Of a stretch of DNA of 64,000 nt, positions 1 to 13,292 are shown in pieces. The stretch spans positions 930,001-994,000 of the forward strand of contig NC_043014.1 in the NCBI RefSeq assembly GCF_006345805.1, read 5' to 3'. The notes beneath the pieces are model-generated. The model worked only from the letters and a program-made list of their open reading frames with translations. It was not told the DNA's origin and did no database searches. The first letter of the stretch is position 1, and each line of letters begins with the position of its first letter. Made by a program: the position numbers and the translations under genes. The stretch comes from Octopus sinensis. Its lineage: Eukaryota.

Positions 1-109
1 TCTACACATCTTGCCAAGAACCACTCAGAACTCTGCTCTTTGGTCTGGGTCATCTTCATTGAGAACAGAGACTAATCCTGGATCACAATTTTTTCCAATG
101 ACCATCCAA

Positions 110-327
110 GCGTGGCCGTTCGCCAGCCTCATCTGGCACCTGTGTTGGTGGCACGTAAAAAGCACCCACTACACTCACGGAGTGGTTGGCGTTAGGAAGG
201 GCATCCAGCCGTAGAAACACTGCCAGATAAGATTGGGCCTGGTGCAGCCTTTGGGCTTCCCAGACCCCAGTTGAACCGTCCAACCCATGCTAGCATGGAA
301 AGCAGACGTTAAACGATGATGATGACA
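110..327 (+). mobile_element. SINE-like element, V-domain type with RTE-like (GAT)n tail
   Basis: ggcacgtaaaaagcacccactacactc...ggcgttaggaagggcatccagccgtagaaac...ggacgttaaacgatgatgat; many copies in the window. Confidence 0.75.
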
Positions 328-820
328 TCATCATCATCATCGTTTAACGTCCGTTTTTCCATGCTGGTATGGGTTGGACATTACTTCAAAATTCGATGGA
401 CACTTGATTTTGATATTCCTCTCTCATGACTTGCCTATCACAGATTGTCTTGGATTCCAGCAATAATATGTTCCTAGTCTGTCTGTTTGTCAATGTCCAT
501 GGTTCAATGGAATGTTCCTTCTGCTCATTCTGAACCATTCCATCTGCTTCAAACTTGTCTTGGATGCAAGTGATGGTAAGTTGCAGAAGTGGATCTCTGG
601 AACTCCCTCCTAAATTGTGTTACCTTCCTTGCTTGGAAATAGGTGAGGCTTAGTGGCAGGAAAGGCCCCAGCTGTAGAAAATCAGCTTCAGAGAATTTCA
701 TTTGACCCCAGCAAGCAGAGAAGCCAGGCATTAAAATGGTTGTGATAATATGTACTCACACATGCATACAAGTATACACACACATATATATATCTTTATA
801 AAAATGTGTGTGTGTGTATG

Positions 821-853
<33 letters not shown>

Positions 854-2596
854 GTCCTGATATAAAGGTGTTAAGGTAACGTTAGAAACTAGGTGAAGGT
901 TTGTTAGAATCAGCTGAATTGCACAAAACAATAATATTTGTGTCTAACACACGCACACACGCTGATAGGTATTTAAATTAGGACTGATTACGGGTGTCCT
1001 GATTAGATTTAATTTGAGTGAAGCCCAGTTGTTTATCAAGAGATAGCTTGTATGAAATCTAATAACTACACTGTTGAACTAAATCTGTCTCGTTAAGAAA
1101 TGATTCATTGTCTCTGATTTTTATATTTAGTGAGTGTTTGATAGGTTTATAAATATTTAGACTTATTTAAATAGTTGTTGTACACAAAATGCTCTGACCC
1201 TTTCTAATGGTCAGTTGGAGGTGGGTTCTGTGTTATCGTTGGGTGACCTTAGTTAGTCCTGATTAAACAGACCTTAACACAGAAGTGGGAGATGGACACT
1301 GGTCACTACTAACAATTCCACCAATTCACTGTCCTGCGCTGGTAATTTATTTATTGGCCCTGAACGGATAAGAGGCAAAGTTGGCCTTGGTAGGATTTGA
1401 ACTCAGATTCTGATGTTGTTGTGGCTCTGGTGTTGGTGGTTGTGTCACCCTCAGGTCACCCCTGGTGATGGGTAAATGACTGTATCCAATACAGGTTATT
1501 GGAAATCTTAGTGGTGGGCATGTTTGAGGTTGAGAGATCTTTGGAGGTTTAGCAGTGGCCATGCTGGAGGTGAGCTAAGGAGTCTCTGTTATAACCCCTT
1601 GCTCCATACCATTGCTGTTTTTCTGTGGTTTGAGGCTAATAACATTATTTGTATATTCTAGGCCAGCTCAAATCAGACACATCTAGGGTCAATATGTTCC
1701 AACCATGACTACCACATCTAATTTTCAGGAAAGGTATCCATAGCTACATAACTGAATGTGTCCTTTCCTTTATTAAAGGTTTCACTAAAATCTGTCTCCT
1801 ATTTCTAGCTATCAGACTAACTCCTTTATCAACCCCCATCCCATTGGTTCAGTGTGTGTGTGTTGGAGGTGGGGTTAGGGTTAGGGTACAATATCAACAT
1901 CTCTCACTCCCAGCACCAACGATGGTCTCCAGTAAACCACACTGACCACTGAAGTACCCTGCTCCTCTATCTGGCTGACCACTACCATCTCAGGGCACCC
2001 TACAGCCTCAGTGCCTCCCTCTCTTGGTGTTTCACTCCCTCTTCTCCTCTTGTACAGGTTAAGGGTCACCATGTTCCTGGGGCAGTCTTCTGCTCCTTAA
2101 CCCCTCACTACATCACACTTTAGTAGTCAGCAGTCATTCTATCCCCACTTGCTACTGCATTGGTCACAGATGTACCCAGGGGTCACACCCAGAGTTTTGG
2201 GGAAGTGAAAAGATGTGGGTGGGAGGAGGGATGTAGAAGCAAGGTCATGTAATGTGGGTGTGTCTCACACCTGTCTTCACTCGTTTACATATCTTTAACA
2301 ACTGGAATAAATCTTGAATAATGTGGTTTAGTCTTAACTCAGTCTTGATTGAGCTGACTTATGGTTAAAGATTTACTAACCTCAGTCGTTTGTTTTTTTA
2401 TAGAAATAGATAAGGACTTTTGCAGTATCTTTTCCTTTCTATCACCTTTAATCAACAACTATAACAACAATTACATCTACACTGGGGTGGTGGTGTTGTT
2501 GTTGTCAGTAAAAGCTTTAATTAATTGTTTGCTTGTTTTCTTTTTTCCTGGGGCTGAATTACAGCAACATTCGTCCTAAACCAGGACTGCCATGTT

Positions 2597-3058
2597 ATCA
2601 TCATCATCGTTTAACGTCCGTTCTCCATGCTAGCATGGGTTGGACGGTTCGACCGGGGATCTGGGAAGCCAGAAGGCTGCACCAGGCTCCGGTCTGATCT
2701 GGCAGTGTTTCTACAGCTGGATGCCCTTCCTAACGCCAACCACTCCCTGAGTGTAGTGGATGCTTTTTACGTGCCACCTGCACAGGTGCCAGGCGAGGCT
2801 GGCAACGGCCACGATCGGATTGGTGCATTTTACGTGCCACCGGCACGGAAGCCAGTCAAGGTGGCGCTGGCATCGGCCACCTTAAGATGGTGCTTTTTAC
2901 GTGCCACCGTCTCAGGGATCACAACTGCAGTTTCCATTGATTTTGATGTTGGTGTACTTGACTCAATGGATCTCCTCAAGCACAGGGTCGAAATGGTGTT
3001 TCTTCACTTGCCACCTGCACAGGAGTCAGTCCAGCGGTCCTGGCAACTGCCGGGTGGC
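2597..3058 (-). mobile_element. Same V-domain SINE family, with repeated head modules
   Basis: Reverse complement of the family consensus, starting catcatcatcgtttaacgtccg. Confidence 0.75.
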
Positions 3059-3404
3059 AAATAATCTTTACTCCAAAGTACTGTTGCTGAATAGCTCTCA
3101 TTGTGAGATTTACAAATAGTAATCTTCCGCTGCTTCTTGTTTGGACATAAACTGGCCCGGAAGCATCTGACCGAGGTTACGAAATGTCCAGTAGGGAGTC
3201 GACACCTGTAGCTAACAGTTGCATCCTGTCCTTCTCTTTCAGATTGTGGAAGCTGACCATAACGTTTAATCTAAATGCAGTGAAATTTTAAAGATTCCAT
3301 TTTTTTATGGGCATATAAGGGTTAATAATAATAATAACAATAATAGTAACCATAGATACACATGTTTGTCCTGTTCAAAATTGTCTTTGTCTTGCTTTCT
3401 TCAG

Positions 3405-3561
3405 ATCATGGTGGTCCAATGTGGAAATGGGACCCCCAGATGTCATCCTTGGGGTCACAGAAGCTTTCAAGAAAGACAACAACCCCAAAAAGATGAACCT
3501 TGGTGTTGGAGCCTACAGAGACGACAACGGCAAACCTTACATTCTTCCATCTGTGAGGAAG
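3405..3561 (+). CDS. GOT2: Mitochondrial aspartate aminotransferase, first coding exon visible in the window (157 nt)
   Basis: ttcag acceptor and gtaaaa donor; encodes [52 protein letters not shown], the mature N-terminus of mitochondrial AspAT. Confidence 0.96.
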
Positions 3562-3762
3562 GTAAAAAGGGGTTTCTTTCTTGTTTATTTACTCTTGGTT
3601 CAACAATGGTTGAGACTTATATCGATTCGGCTGGTATTGGCCACATTATTCTGTGTGGCAGCAGTGTGGGTTGGATAGATTTGTAAATTAAAACATTTAC
3701 TTGGATTGCATCAACAGAGATGTGTGTGTATAAATCATCCCCAGTACTTGTATGTGTGTGTG

Positions 3763-3807
<45 letters not shown>

Positions 3808-3914
3808 GTATATATGTATATGTATATGTGTATATGTATATGTATATATGTATATATATATATGTATATATTATATATATATATATATATGTATATATTA
3901 TATATATATATATG

Positions 3915-3960
<46 letters not shown>

Positions 3961-3984
3961 ATATATAAATATGTAGAGAGAGAG

Positions 3985-4372
3985 GTGCAGGTGTGGCTGT
4001 GTGGTAAGAAGTTTCCTTCCCAACCAGGTAGTTCCAGGTTCAGTCCCACTGTAGAACTTTAGGCAAGTGTCTTCCACTATACAAGACTGGGCTGACCAAA
4101 GCCCTGTGAGTGGATTTGGTTGGTGGAAACTGAAAGAAGCCCATCATATATACACGTGTGTGTGTGTGTGCGCATGTGTGTGCATTTGTTCCCCATCACC
4201 GTTTGACAACTGGTGTTGGTTTGTTTACATCCCCATAAGCTGGCGTTTGGTAAGAAAGGCTGTTAGAATAAGTACCAGGTTTAAAAAATACTGGGATCAA
4301 TTTCTGTGACTAAATCTTTCAAGGCACTGCCCCAGCATGGCCACAGTCAAATGACTAAAACAAGTAAAAGAG
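3985..4372 (+). mobile_element. tRNA-derived CORE-type SINE (resembles octopus OR2)
   Basis: A/B-box-like head gtggctgtgtggtaag...ggttcagtccca, CORE-like ttaggcaagtgtctt, internal microsatellite, tail cccagcatggccacagtc. Confidence 0.75.
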
Positions 4373-4516
4373 ATAAATATACATGAATGCGTGTGTGTGT
4401 GTGTGTGTTTTCTCTGTTCTTCCTTCGACCAATTTTCTATAAATCAATCATTTATTAATTTGCATCAACAAAAAAATACAAAAATTCCTGAATCCATTAT
4501 TTCTAATTTATTCCAG

Positions 4517-4645
4517 GCTGAGGAAATGGTTGTTGCTGCCAATTTGGACAAAGAATATTCTCCAATCGGTGGAGATGCGGAGTATTGTTCATCTGTTGCC
4601 AAACTGGCCTTTGGAACTGACAGCTCAGTTATCACAAACAAACTG
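4517..4645 (+). CDS. GOT2: GOT2 coding exon (129 nt)
   Basis: ccag/gtagga splice sites; AEEMVVAANLDKEYSPIGGDAEYCSSVAKLAFGTDSSVITNKL. Confidence 0.95.
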
Positions 4646-5156
4646 GTAGGATCATAGCATTGTTGTTATTATTATTATCATCATCATCATCACCTCCACC
4701 TCCACCACCACCTCCACCTCCACCTCCACCACCACCACCACCACCACCTCCACCTCCACCTCCACCTTAGCGAAGGTGGAGGTTTTGTTTTTGGTTGTGT
4801 TTGTTTGTTTGTTTGTCCATGGACAAGATATCTCAAGAACCACTGGATGGATTCAAAGGAAACTTTCAGGGATGTTTGGCCTCGTGACTGGCACAAACTG
4901 ATTAGATTCTGGGATCGATCTGGTACCAGACAAGCATTCTGGATTATTTTTCCTGTTTTTTTACTTAATTTTTGAGAGCGGTTGGGTTTGTTTTTAGTAT
5001 TTTCGTTTGTGAGATCAGTCGAGTTTATTTCAGATATTCTCATTTAAAAAAATCATCTTCAGCTAATTGTTGAGAGGACGTTGCTATTGCCTTGATGGAG
5101 GTTTGCACTCTCTGAGTGTTCTTCTTCTTCTTATTATTGTTGTTGTTGTTGCAGTA

Positions 5157-5360
5157 AGCTGGCAAGAATCAATAGCAAACTGGATAAAATGCAGTTAAGC
5201 ATTTCGTCTGTCTTCACATTCTGAGATCAAATTCCGCCAAGGTCGACTTTGCCTTTCATCCTTTCGGGGTCGATAAATTAAGTACCAGTTACGCACTGGG
5301 GTCGATGGAATCAAGTTAATCCGTTTGTTGTCCTTGTTTGTGTGGGCAATAAAGAAATAA
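5157..5360 (+). mobile_element. tRNA-derived SINE with Meta-like domain
   Basis: ttctgagatcaaattccgccaaggtcgactttgcctttcatcctttcggggtcgataaattaagtaccag; further copies near 6313, 10738 and 50105 (+). Confidence 0.7.
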
Positions 5361-5690
5361 ATTATTATTATTATTATTATTATTATATTATTATTATTAT
5401 TATTATTAATAATAATAATAATAAACCTTGCAAGGGTCAACTTTAGCTTTTAAATCTAAAAGGAGGCCCAATTCAGTCAGAATTGGAACATTTCGGGGAA
5501 TCACTTTCCCATATTTTCCAGATTGTTTTAGAACAATTCCGAATGATGTTGTCAAGAATTAAATATCATTTAGTCTCAGACTTTGGTATATTCTTATTTC
5601 TGTTCTTCATCAGTTCAAAATATCTTCTGTTTCTAGACAAAACTTTGATTTGATTAGGTTTTAATTCTTTATTTTTGTTTTTCATTTCAG

Positions 5691-5750
5691 AATGTCACAG
5701 TCCAATCAATATCTGGAACCGGTGCTTTACGAATTGGTGCTGCTTACTTT
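5691..5750 (+). CDS. GOT2: GOT2 coding exon (60 nt)
   Basis: ttcag/gtaagt; NVTVQSISGTGALRIGAAYF (conserved Q-S/T-ISGTGALR PLP-phosphate motif). Confidence 0.95.
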
Positions 5751-5751
5751 G

Positions 5752-5784
<33 letters not shown>

Positions 5785-5786
<2 letters not shown>

Positions 5787-6329
5787 GAGTGAAAGAGCAG
5801 TGCATGCCATCAAAGTGACACTGGGGTAAAATATACGAAGCCCAATATACCCATCATGACTACCCGTCTGATAAAGGTACACTAGGCACATGCATCACAA
5901 CCATATGTGCGCGACATGGTGATTTCATATCAAGATAAACAGCACATGACCTTGCAGGTGGGGCCCAGTTAGAATTTTCTGCTGGTTGAGTAACCATCCT
6001 GCTCAAAAGGTCCCTGAATAAGGGTTGTTTAAGGATGTTGAACAAAACACTCATGTTTCCAGATGTGAATTATTCAAACCCCAAAGAATTCCTCCTAACA
6101 CATGGCTATGATGCTCCCGCACTACTTCTGCTTGTGATCAGAGATGCACATATCGTCAGCCACTAAGGGACATGCTCAACTGGTTAAGGTCAAACAACTG
6201 ACAAGGAAATCTGTGGTATTGAGCAGAATATTTGCTGTAGCCCACCTTTTATACCAAGACAAAACAATGTACATGATAACACTTCCAATCAGTTAAGATC
6301 AGAAGCCATGAGAGCCACTGCCTGGTACT
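5785..6329 (+). repeat. ~545-bp interspersed repeat of unknown class, flanked by (TTA)n
   Basis: Reverse-complement copy at 59106-59552; orientation arbitrary. Confidence 0.8.
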
Positions 6330-7199
6330 ATTATTATTATTATTATTAGTAGTAGTATTATTAAAGTAGAGATGCTGGCAGAATTGTTAGTGTGCTGGGC
6401 AAAATGTTTAGTGGCATGTTGTCTCTCTCTACATTCTGAGTTCAAATTCTGCTGAGGTCAGCTTTGCTTTTCATCTTTTCAAGGTTGAGAAAATAAAGTC
6501 ATGTGCTGGGGTCAGTAATATCAATTAACCCCCACCTCTCAACATTATTGGCCTCATACCAAAATTAGAAGCCATTATTTTAATGCATCATAATCTCTGC
6601 TGTAATATTTAAATATCAGCAATAGTTACAACATGTGGATGTTGTTATGGTGTGAAAAGCACGTACATATGATGGGCTTCTTTCAGTTTCCGCCAAGCAA
6701 ATCCACTCACAAGGCTTTGGTCAGCCCAGTCTTGTATAGTGGAAGACACCTGCCTAAAGTTCTATACAGTGGGATTGAACCTGTTGTCCAATCATTGCCT
6801 TCATGAAAACTAGGCAGAAAATGGTGATTTCCAACATGAAAATATTGTTACATGTGAGCATCATCACCACATGGGAATATTGTAAAGAACAAGTGTTGTA
6901 CCATCATGTGAATGTTGTCAGTGAGTCTAATCCATGTCTTTGTGAACAGCAGATGTAAAATGATGTTACATCATGTAGGAATTGCTGCATGTCCATGTTG
7001 TCACAAGATGGGAATATTGTTGTGATGTATGAATGTGGTAAAATATGTGTTGTGATGTTGTTGTGAAAATGTATGAATTGTGTGGCAATATGTATCATTG
7101 GAATGACCACCAGATTTGTGTGTGTGTGTGGGTGTGGCTGTGTGTGTGTGGGTGACCTTGTCTAATTGGAACTGTTCTCTCTCTTCTGTATATTTCCAG

Positions 7200-7273
7200 T
7201 CTAAATGGCACAGCAAATCTAAAGATTTCTACATCCCGTCACCATCCTGGGGCAACCACACACCGATATTGAA
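7200..7273 (+). CDS. GOT2: GOT2 coding exon (74 nt)
   Basis: ccag/gtaaat; SKWHSKSKDFYIPSPSWGNHTPIL(K), phase-2 end joins the next exon in frame. Confidence 0.92.
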
Positions 7274-7574
7274 GTAAATCTACATTTTTTCTGTTTTTTT
7301 TTTCACTTTTGTTTGAAATTAATTTTTTTTGTTTACAATTGTTTTTTTTCCCCCATTTTTTAAAAACGTAGTTTTGTTGTTGTTGTTTTGTGTTGCTTGT
7401 TCCATCATTCACTCACCCGAAACCTTACGCAGTCTTCTTTTTGTTGTTGTTGTTGTATCATAGCTGCCATTGTGGCATTGAGTCCATCAACCTTACACAT
7501 ACCTTCCACATATTTAGTATTGTTCATCGGATAGGGCGAATGTGTGTGTGTGTGCGTGTGTATATATATGTATG

Positions 7575-7656
<82 letters not shown>

Positions 7657-8251
7657 TGTATGTATGTATGTATGTATATATATATATATCATCATCATCA
7701 TCATTTAATGTCCATTTTCTAATATGAAGTGGTGTAGTTGTGTGGTTAAGATGGATTATTGGCTGCACAGGGTGTTGAGTTCAAATCTTAGTGCAGCTAT
7801 TTTCGTTAGTGTCCCTAAACAAGGATGCTGCTTCCTTGACTGACCAAAAGACAAACGTTTTCAATTCACACCAGGCTCCAATTGTCTGCTCTGGCTTCGT
7901 TTCTACAGTTGGATGCCCTTCCTAATGCCAACCACCCAGCTTTTTACATAGAACCAGCACTGATAGGGTCACCGAGCAGCCCTCGACTGGGAGTGGGGAG
8001 TAGTATTGAAGGTATGGGGCTTTGTTTCAGTTGAGAGATTTAAGGTATAGAAGGGAGAAATATAAGTGTTGTGCTGTGGAGCAGAGACATGGATACTCCA
8101 GTCGGAAAACAGAGGAATGAGTTGGAGAGTGAGAGAAGAATGAGAGTGTGAGATGATGAGGATGTCTTTGAAAGCAAAGAGCAACCAGTTGTAATCTCTA
8201 CAAGGAATGTAAGCTTCATTCACTGTTTTAATGTAGCAACTCTGTAGAATG

Positions 8252-8669
8252 GGCAGGAGTGGCTGTGTGGTAAGTAGCTTGCTTACCAACCACATGGTTC
8301 CGGGTTCAGTCCCACTGTGCGGCACCTTGGGCAAGTGTCTTCTACTATAGCCTCGGGCCGACCAAAGCCTTGTGAGTGGATTTGGTAAACGGAAACTGAA
8401 AGAAGCCTGTCATATATATGTACATATATATATGTATATATGTGTGTGTGTGTGTGGTGTGTGTGTGTGTGTGTTGTGTTTGTTCCCCTAGCATTACTTG
8501 ACAACCGATGCTGGTGTGTTTATGTCCCTGTTACTTAGTGGTTTGGCAAAAGAGACTGATAGAATAAGTACTGGGCTTACAAAAGGATAAGTCCCGGGGT
8601 CGAGTTGCTCAATTAAAGGCGGTGCTCCAACATGGCCGCAGTCAAATGACTGAAACAAGTAAAAGAGTA
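8252..8669 (+). mobile_element. CORE-type SINE, full-length copy
   Basis: Same layout as 3985-4372 with ggcaccttgggcaagtgtcttctactatagcc. Confidence 0.8.
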
Positions 8670-8676
8670 ATGTTAA

Positions 8677-8714
<38 letters not shown>

Positions 8715-9353
8715 CGTACGCAGTTGGTATCCTGTAATTTTGTCTTCCAAGTTCCATCGCTGGTCATTGATTAGCTCAGCCTGGAGTTTCAGGTTAGGAA
8801 ATACTGGTACAAGATGCTTTGTTGTGAGACTGAACTCACAATCATGTGGTTACAGAGGGAATTTCTTAACCACACGGCCATTCCTGTCCCCATGGCAGGG
8901 AACATTTTCAAATACATTCCCAAAGGAAATATTCTTATTTTTCTTTATAAATTACTCTCCATTTTTTCTTTATTTCTTTTTTTTTCGTTTCATTCATGAG
9001 GCTGTGGCCAGGCTGCAGCACCACCTATTGGTGTCCCTGTACTTGGCACGTGATTTGAGGTGCTTCTGTAAGGGGGAGATAACTTGGGTATCACTAATGT
9101 AAGACATTTCTGTTCGAATGTTCGGCTTCTCACTCCCTGCTCTTACACAACACATTTTACTCACTTGTACATTGGGCTTCTGTACAGTTTCCAACCCATT
9201 AAAATTTCACTCATAAGGAAATGGTCGTCCCAAAGACATGTTAGAAGACTTTTGCCCGAGGTACCACAGAACCATTGTGGCTGTGAAGCAAGCCATCTTT
9301 ACAGAGTGAAGAATATTTACGAAAAATTCTGTTTTCCCTTTGTGTTCTTTTAG

Positions 9354-9441
9354 ACATTCTGGTCTTGAAGTGAAGTCTTATCGATATTATGACCCTAAAA
9401 CATGTGGCTTTGATTTCGCCGGTGCCATGGAAGACATATCG
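9354..9441 (+). CDS. GOT2: GOT2 coding exon (88 nt)
   Basis: tttag/gtgagt; (K)[29 protein letters not shown]. Confidence 0.95.
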
Positions 9442-10089
9442 GTGAGTTTCCTTTTTCTTGTTGTTTTCTAGAATTTCTTCCTCTCTTAGAAATTTTTCTT
9501 TGTTGTTTTTGTGGCTTTCATTTGGATTATTGTAATTTTATTCCGTCCAGAGGATTCCTTCAGAACCAAACATCAGTGAAAAGTATCCACCTCCATCAAA
9601 ACATCTTGTCTCATGTCCATCCTGCACGTTGACATGAATTCTGCAGATTTTGTCAAATGATTTTGTAGAACTGAGAGGAGCCTTTGAACTCTCTTTGAAT
9701 AATTTTCAATATATTTTCTATTATCCGTCAGTGAATTTTTTGGTTTTGCACCAAAATATTTGAAGGATTTATAAATCTTAGCAGCATCAGTCCTTAATTC
9801 GCAGAATCTCAAGCCTGATTCAGTGCTGGTTCTCTTCTCGACCATTCTGAACCTCTGACCTAACAGAGCTTCCCTGTATGTCATCCCTCCACATTTCTGG
9901 AGTTTTTATCAGTCAATATAGATGGGAGTCTCAAGATCTTTCCTTGCCACCCACCCCATCTCTACCTGCGATAATTTCAATGTTTCTCTAAATGCACACA
10001 GTGATTGTGCTATCGACATAATTCGGTTAAAATCAAATTAATAAATGCTACTGGTCAGTCAGGCGATGCGAGTGTCCCCTGACTGCCTC

Positions 10090-10271
10090 CCGTGCAGGTG
10101 GCACATAAAAAGCACCCGCTACACTCTCAGAGTGGTTGGCGTTAGGAAAGGCATCCAGCCATAGAAACTCTGCCAGATCAAGACTGGAGCCTGGTGCAGC
10201 TCCCCAGCTTACCAGTTTTCTGTAAAACCATCCAACTACTACTACTACTACTACTACTACAATTATAACGA

Positions 10272-10303
<32 letters not shown>

Positions 10304-10680
10304 GTAATCGGAATCGAAATTGAACCAATCCTATGACTGGCACCCGGCAGTTGCCGGGACCCCTGGACTGGTGGTACGTAAAAAGCGCTATCCGAATTGT
10401 GGCTGATGCCAGCGCCGCCTTGACTGGCTTCCGTGCCAGTGGAATGTAAAAAGCACCATCCGATCGTGGCCGTTGCCAGCCTCGCCTTGCACCTGTGCAG
10501 GTGGCACGTAAAAAGCACCCACTACACTCTCGGAGTGGTTGGCATTAGGAAGGGCATCCAGCTGTAGAAACTCTGCCAGATCAGACTGGAGCCTGGTGCA
10601 GCTTCTTGGCTTACCAGTTTTCTGTAAAACCATCCAACCCAAGGCAGCATGGACAGTTGACATTAAACGACGATTCCACT
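10090..10680 (+). mobile_element. Two adjacent copies of the V-domain SINE family
   Basis: Two aggaagggcatccagc cores (~10145, ~10547) plus head modules. Confidence 0.7.
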
Positions 10681-11220
10681 CCTCCTCCTGCTGCTGCTAC
10701 AATTATAACGATATTATTATTATTATTATTAGTAAAGGTGGTGAGCAGGCAGAATCATTAGCACTCTGTGGACAAGATACTTTTAAACATTTTGTCAGTG
10801 TTTACACTCTGAGTTCAGATTCCACCAAAGTTGATTTTGCCTTCTCTCCTTTCAGGGTCAGTGAAATAAATACCAGTTGAGCCCTTGGATTGATGTAATC
10901 AACTAGACCCCTTACCTTAAAATTTCAGGCCTTTTGCCTACAGCAGAAAGGATATTATTATTATTAGTAGTAGTAGTAGTAGAAGAAATAATGATAATAC
11001 ATGTTGTGTGTAAGATGTGATTTTGCAGAGGCTGGGACAAATGTTTGCAAATCAGGCAGAAGAGAAGAGAAACCTGAATCTGGATTTTAAAAAATCTTTC
11101 TAGTTTGTTTCAGTCTGAATGTTTTCTGGCAGCTGGGTTTGAACTTGCAAACCTCCTCTTTAAAAGTCATGTTTGATTGATGTAAATAACTAAAATAACG
11201 TTGTTGTTGTTCTATTACAG

Positions 11221-11289
11221 AAAATACCAGAAGGTTCTGTCATTCTACTCCATGCTTGTGCCCACAATCCAACTGGCGTTGATCCTAAG
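11221..11289 (+). CDS. GOT2: GOT2 coding exon (69 nt)
   Basis: tacag/gtgagt; [23 protein letters not shown] (HACAHNPTG motif). Confidence 0.96.
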
Positions 11290-12209
11290 GTGAGTATTTT
11301 TCGTAATGCTGTTGGGGTTGTTAGCATGTGACCCTGTTACACGGTTGTCTAGGTCTTTAAATTCAGACTTTTATGTCAGTAGTTATTGTTGTCTATTGTT
11401 GAGTTAGCCATCATTCAGCCCACCTTTAATCAAAGATATTCGAGGTGCGATCATCTTGCTTTTTAATCTGGTACAGTGTATCTAGGACTACATTATTCAA
11501 TGTGTCCTTGCATGTCATTTACCTCTAGCTCTCTCTGCATGTAACAAACCTTTCGTCGGAGGCGTTCCAGCCATGATTGTTGTGTCCTTTATTCAGTCAT
11601 AGTATATCTAAGACTACATTGTTTAATGTCTCCTTGTTTAGTCCTGGGTCTGCATGTAGCTCACAAGACATGGCCCCCTCCCTCAACTAAGTGGGTGTGT
11701 AGTGGCTTCATGCTGGGTACCGAGAGGCTAATGTATGACAGAAGGACAGGAACAGGTGCCTGGCTGAAGGGGAGACCCATGGCTACTTCAGCTGGAAAGA
11801 GAGGGAAGAGGTGGTGGGTGTGAGGGCATAACTTCAAGGTACAAGAAGGGGACTATAAAGGAAGAATAAAAAGAGGGGATGTGAAAAGAGATTGGCCGAT
11901 GGTTAGGGATGGGGATAGAGGTGAATGCGGAAGATATCCTGTATACTGTTTGCATGAACAGAATGGTGCCAACCTCAAGCTTTTTGTCTCAAAGAACAAT
12001 TGTCTTTGGAGACGTTGTGCATTAATAAAACATGTTCCAATTGACATCAGCAGACTGTCAGACACTGCTGTTACGACTTAATTTTGCCTTCTCAGTGACA
12101 GACACCCCTGATCATTTGGAGCTGATTAGGAACTTCTCAAAGTCTCTAAGTAAAAGTTGTTCTCTCAAACAAAATCCTGCATCTGTCACCATTCTACTTC
12201 TTATAAATA

Positions 12210-12250
<41 letters not shown>

Positions 12251-12507
12251 TAAATTAGGCAAATCAAACAGTGAAAAACATAAGCCAATACATAAAATTA
12301 ATTTAAAAATATAAAAGTTAAAAATAATTTAAACTTATAATTTTATATATATATAAAAATATATATATATATGTATGAATGTATATTTTTATATTTATGT
12401 ATTATTTTATTAATTAATTAATTAATTTTTTTTTTTAATATAATATAATATAATATATTTATACTATAAAATTGGATTTAATCATAAATTTATTTATTCC
12501 CTAATAT

Positions 12508-12540
<33 letters not shown>

Positions 12541-12638
12541 GCTATTTTAAAGTAATGCTGTTTTAAGTTTATATAATAATTTTCGTTTAACTGTCATGTC
12601 TCCAAGTAACAAAGATTATGTTCCATGTTTGCTTCCAG

Positions 12639-12825
12639 CCAGAACAGTGGGCTGAAATGAGCAGCGTCATCAAATCACGGAAGATCTTCCCATTCTTTGA
12701 CATGGCTTACCAAGGTTTCGCCAGTGGAGATACGAAGAAAGATGCCTTTGCTGTGCGCAAGTTCATTGAAGACGGTCATCAAGTGTCCCTTTGTCAGTCT
12801 TTTGCTAAAAACATGGGACTTTATG
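12639..12825 (+). CDS. GOT2: GOT2 coding exon (187 nt) with the PLP-binding lysine
   Basis: ccag/gtaagt; [62 protein letters not shown](G). Confidence 0.97.
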
Positions 12826-13069
12826 GTAAGTTGTTCTGGTTTCCTTGTTCATGGGTTGTTTCTTGAAATATTGTCCTAAAGTTCGGTTGTCCTCTGTGTG
12901 CGCTTGCCACATTGCAGGGCCGGCTCACTTCGTTATCTGTTTCAACACCAGTTTATCGTTAGGGCAACGACATAGACCAGTCACTGGTGGACTGTATCAA
13001 TAAAGATCGATACTAATTCTACTTCAACTCACTGTAAACACCCCCACCCCTTTATACCTATTTCTTTAC

Positions 13070-13292
13070 TGTCCACAAGGGGCTAACCACAGAGAGGACA
13101 AACAAGGACAGATAAACGGATTAAGTCGATTATATCGACCCCAGTGCGTAACTGGTACTTATTTAATCGACCCCGGAAGGATGAATGGCAAAGTCGACCT
13201 CGGCGGAATTTGAACTCAGAACGCAACGGCAGGCGAAATACTGCTAAGTATTTCACCCAACATGCTAACGATTCTGCCAGCTCACCGCCTTC
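13070..13292 (-). mobile_element. Meta-like SINE copy
   Basis: Reverse complement of the 5157 family. Confidence 0.7.

Noticed and set aside
1-3404. GOT2 exon 1 (mitochondrial transit peptide)
   Set aside because: I found no ATG-initiated segment with transit-peptide character ending in a phase-2 donor; it probably lies upstream of the window.
9573-9884. Minus-strand ORF resembling a CR1/L2 C-terminus
   Set aside because: Only faint similarity (ELRTDAAKIYK); too decayed to assign.
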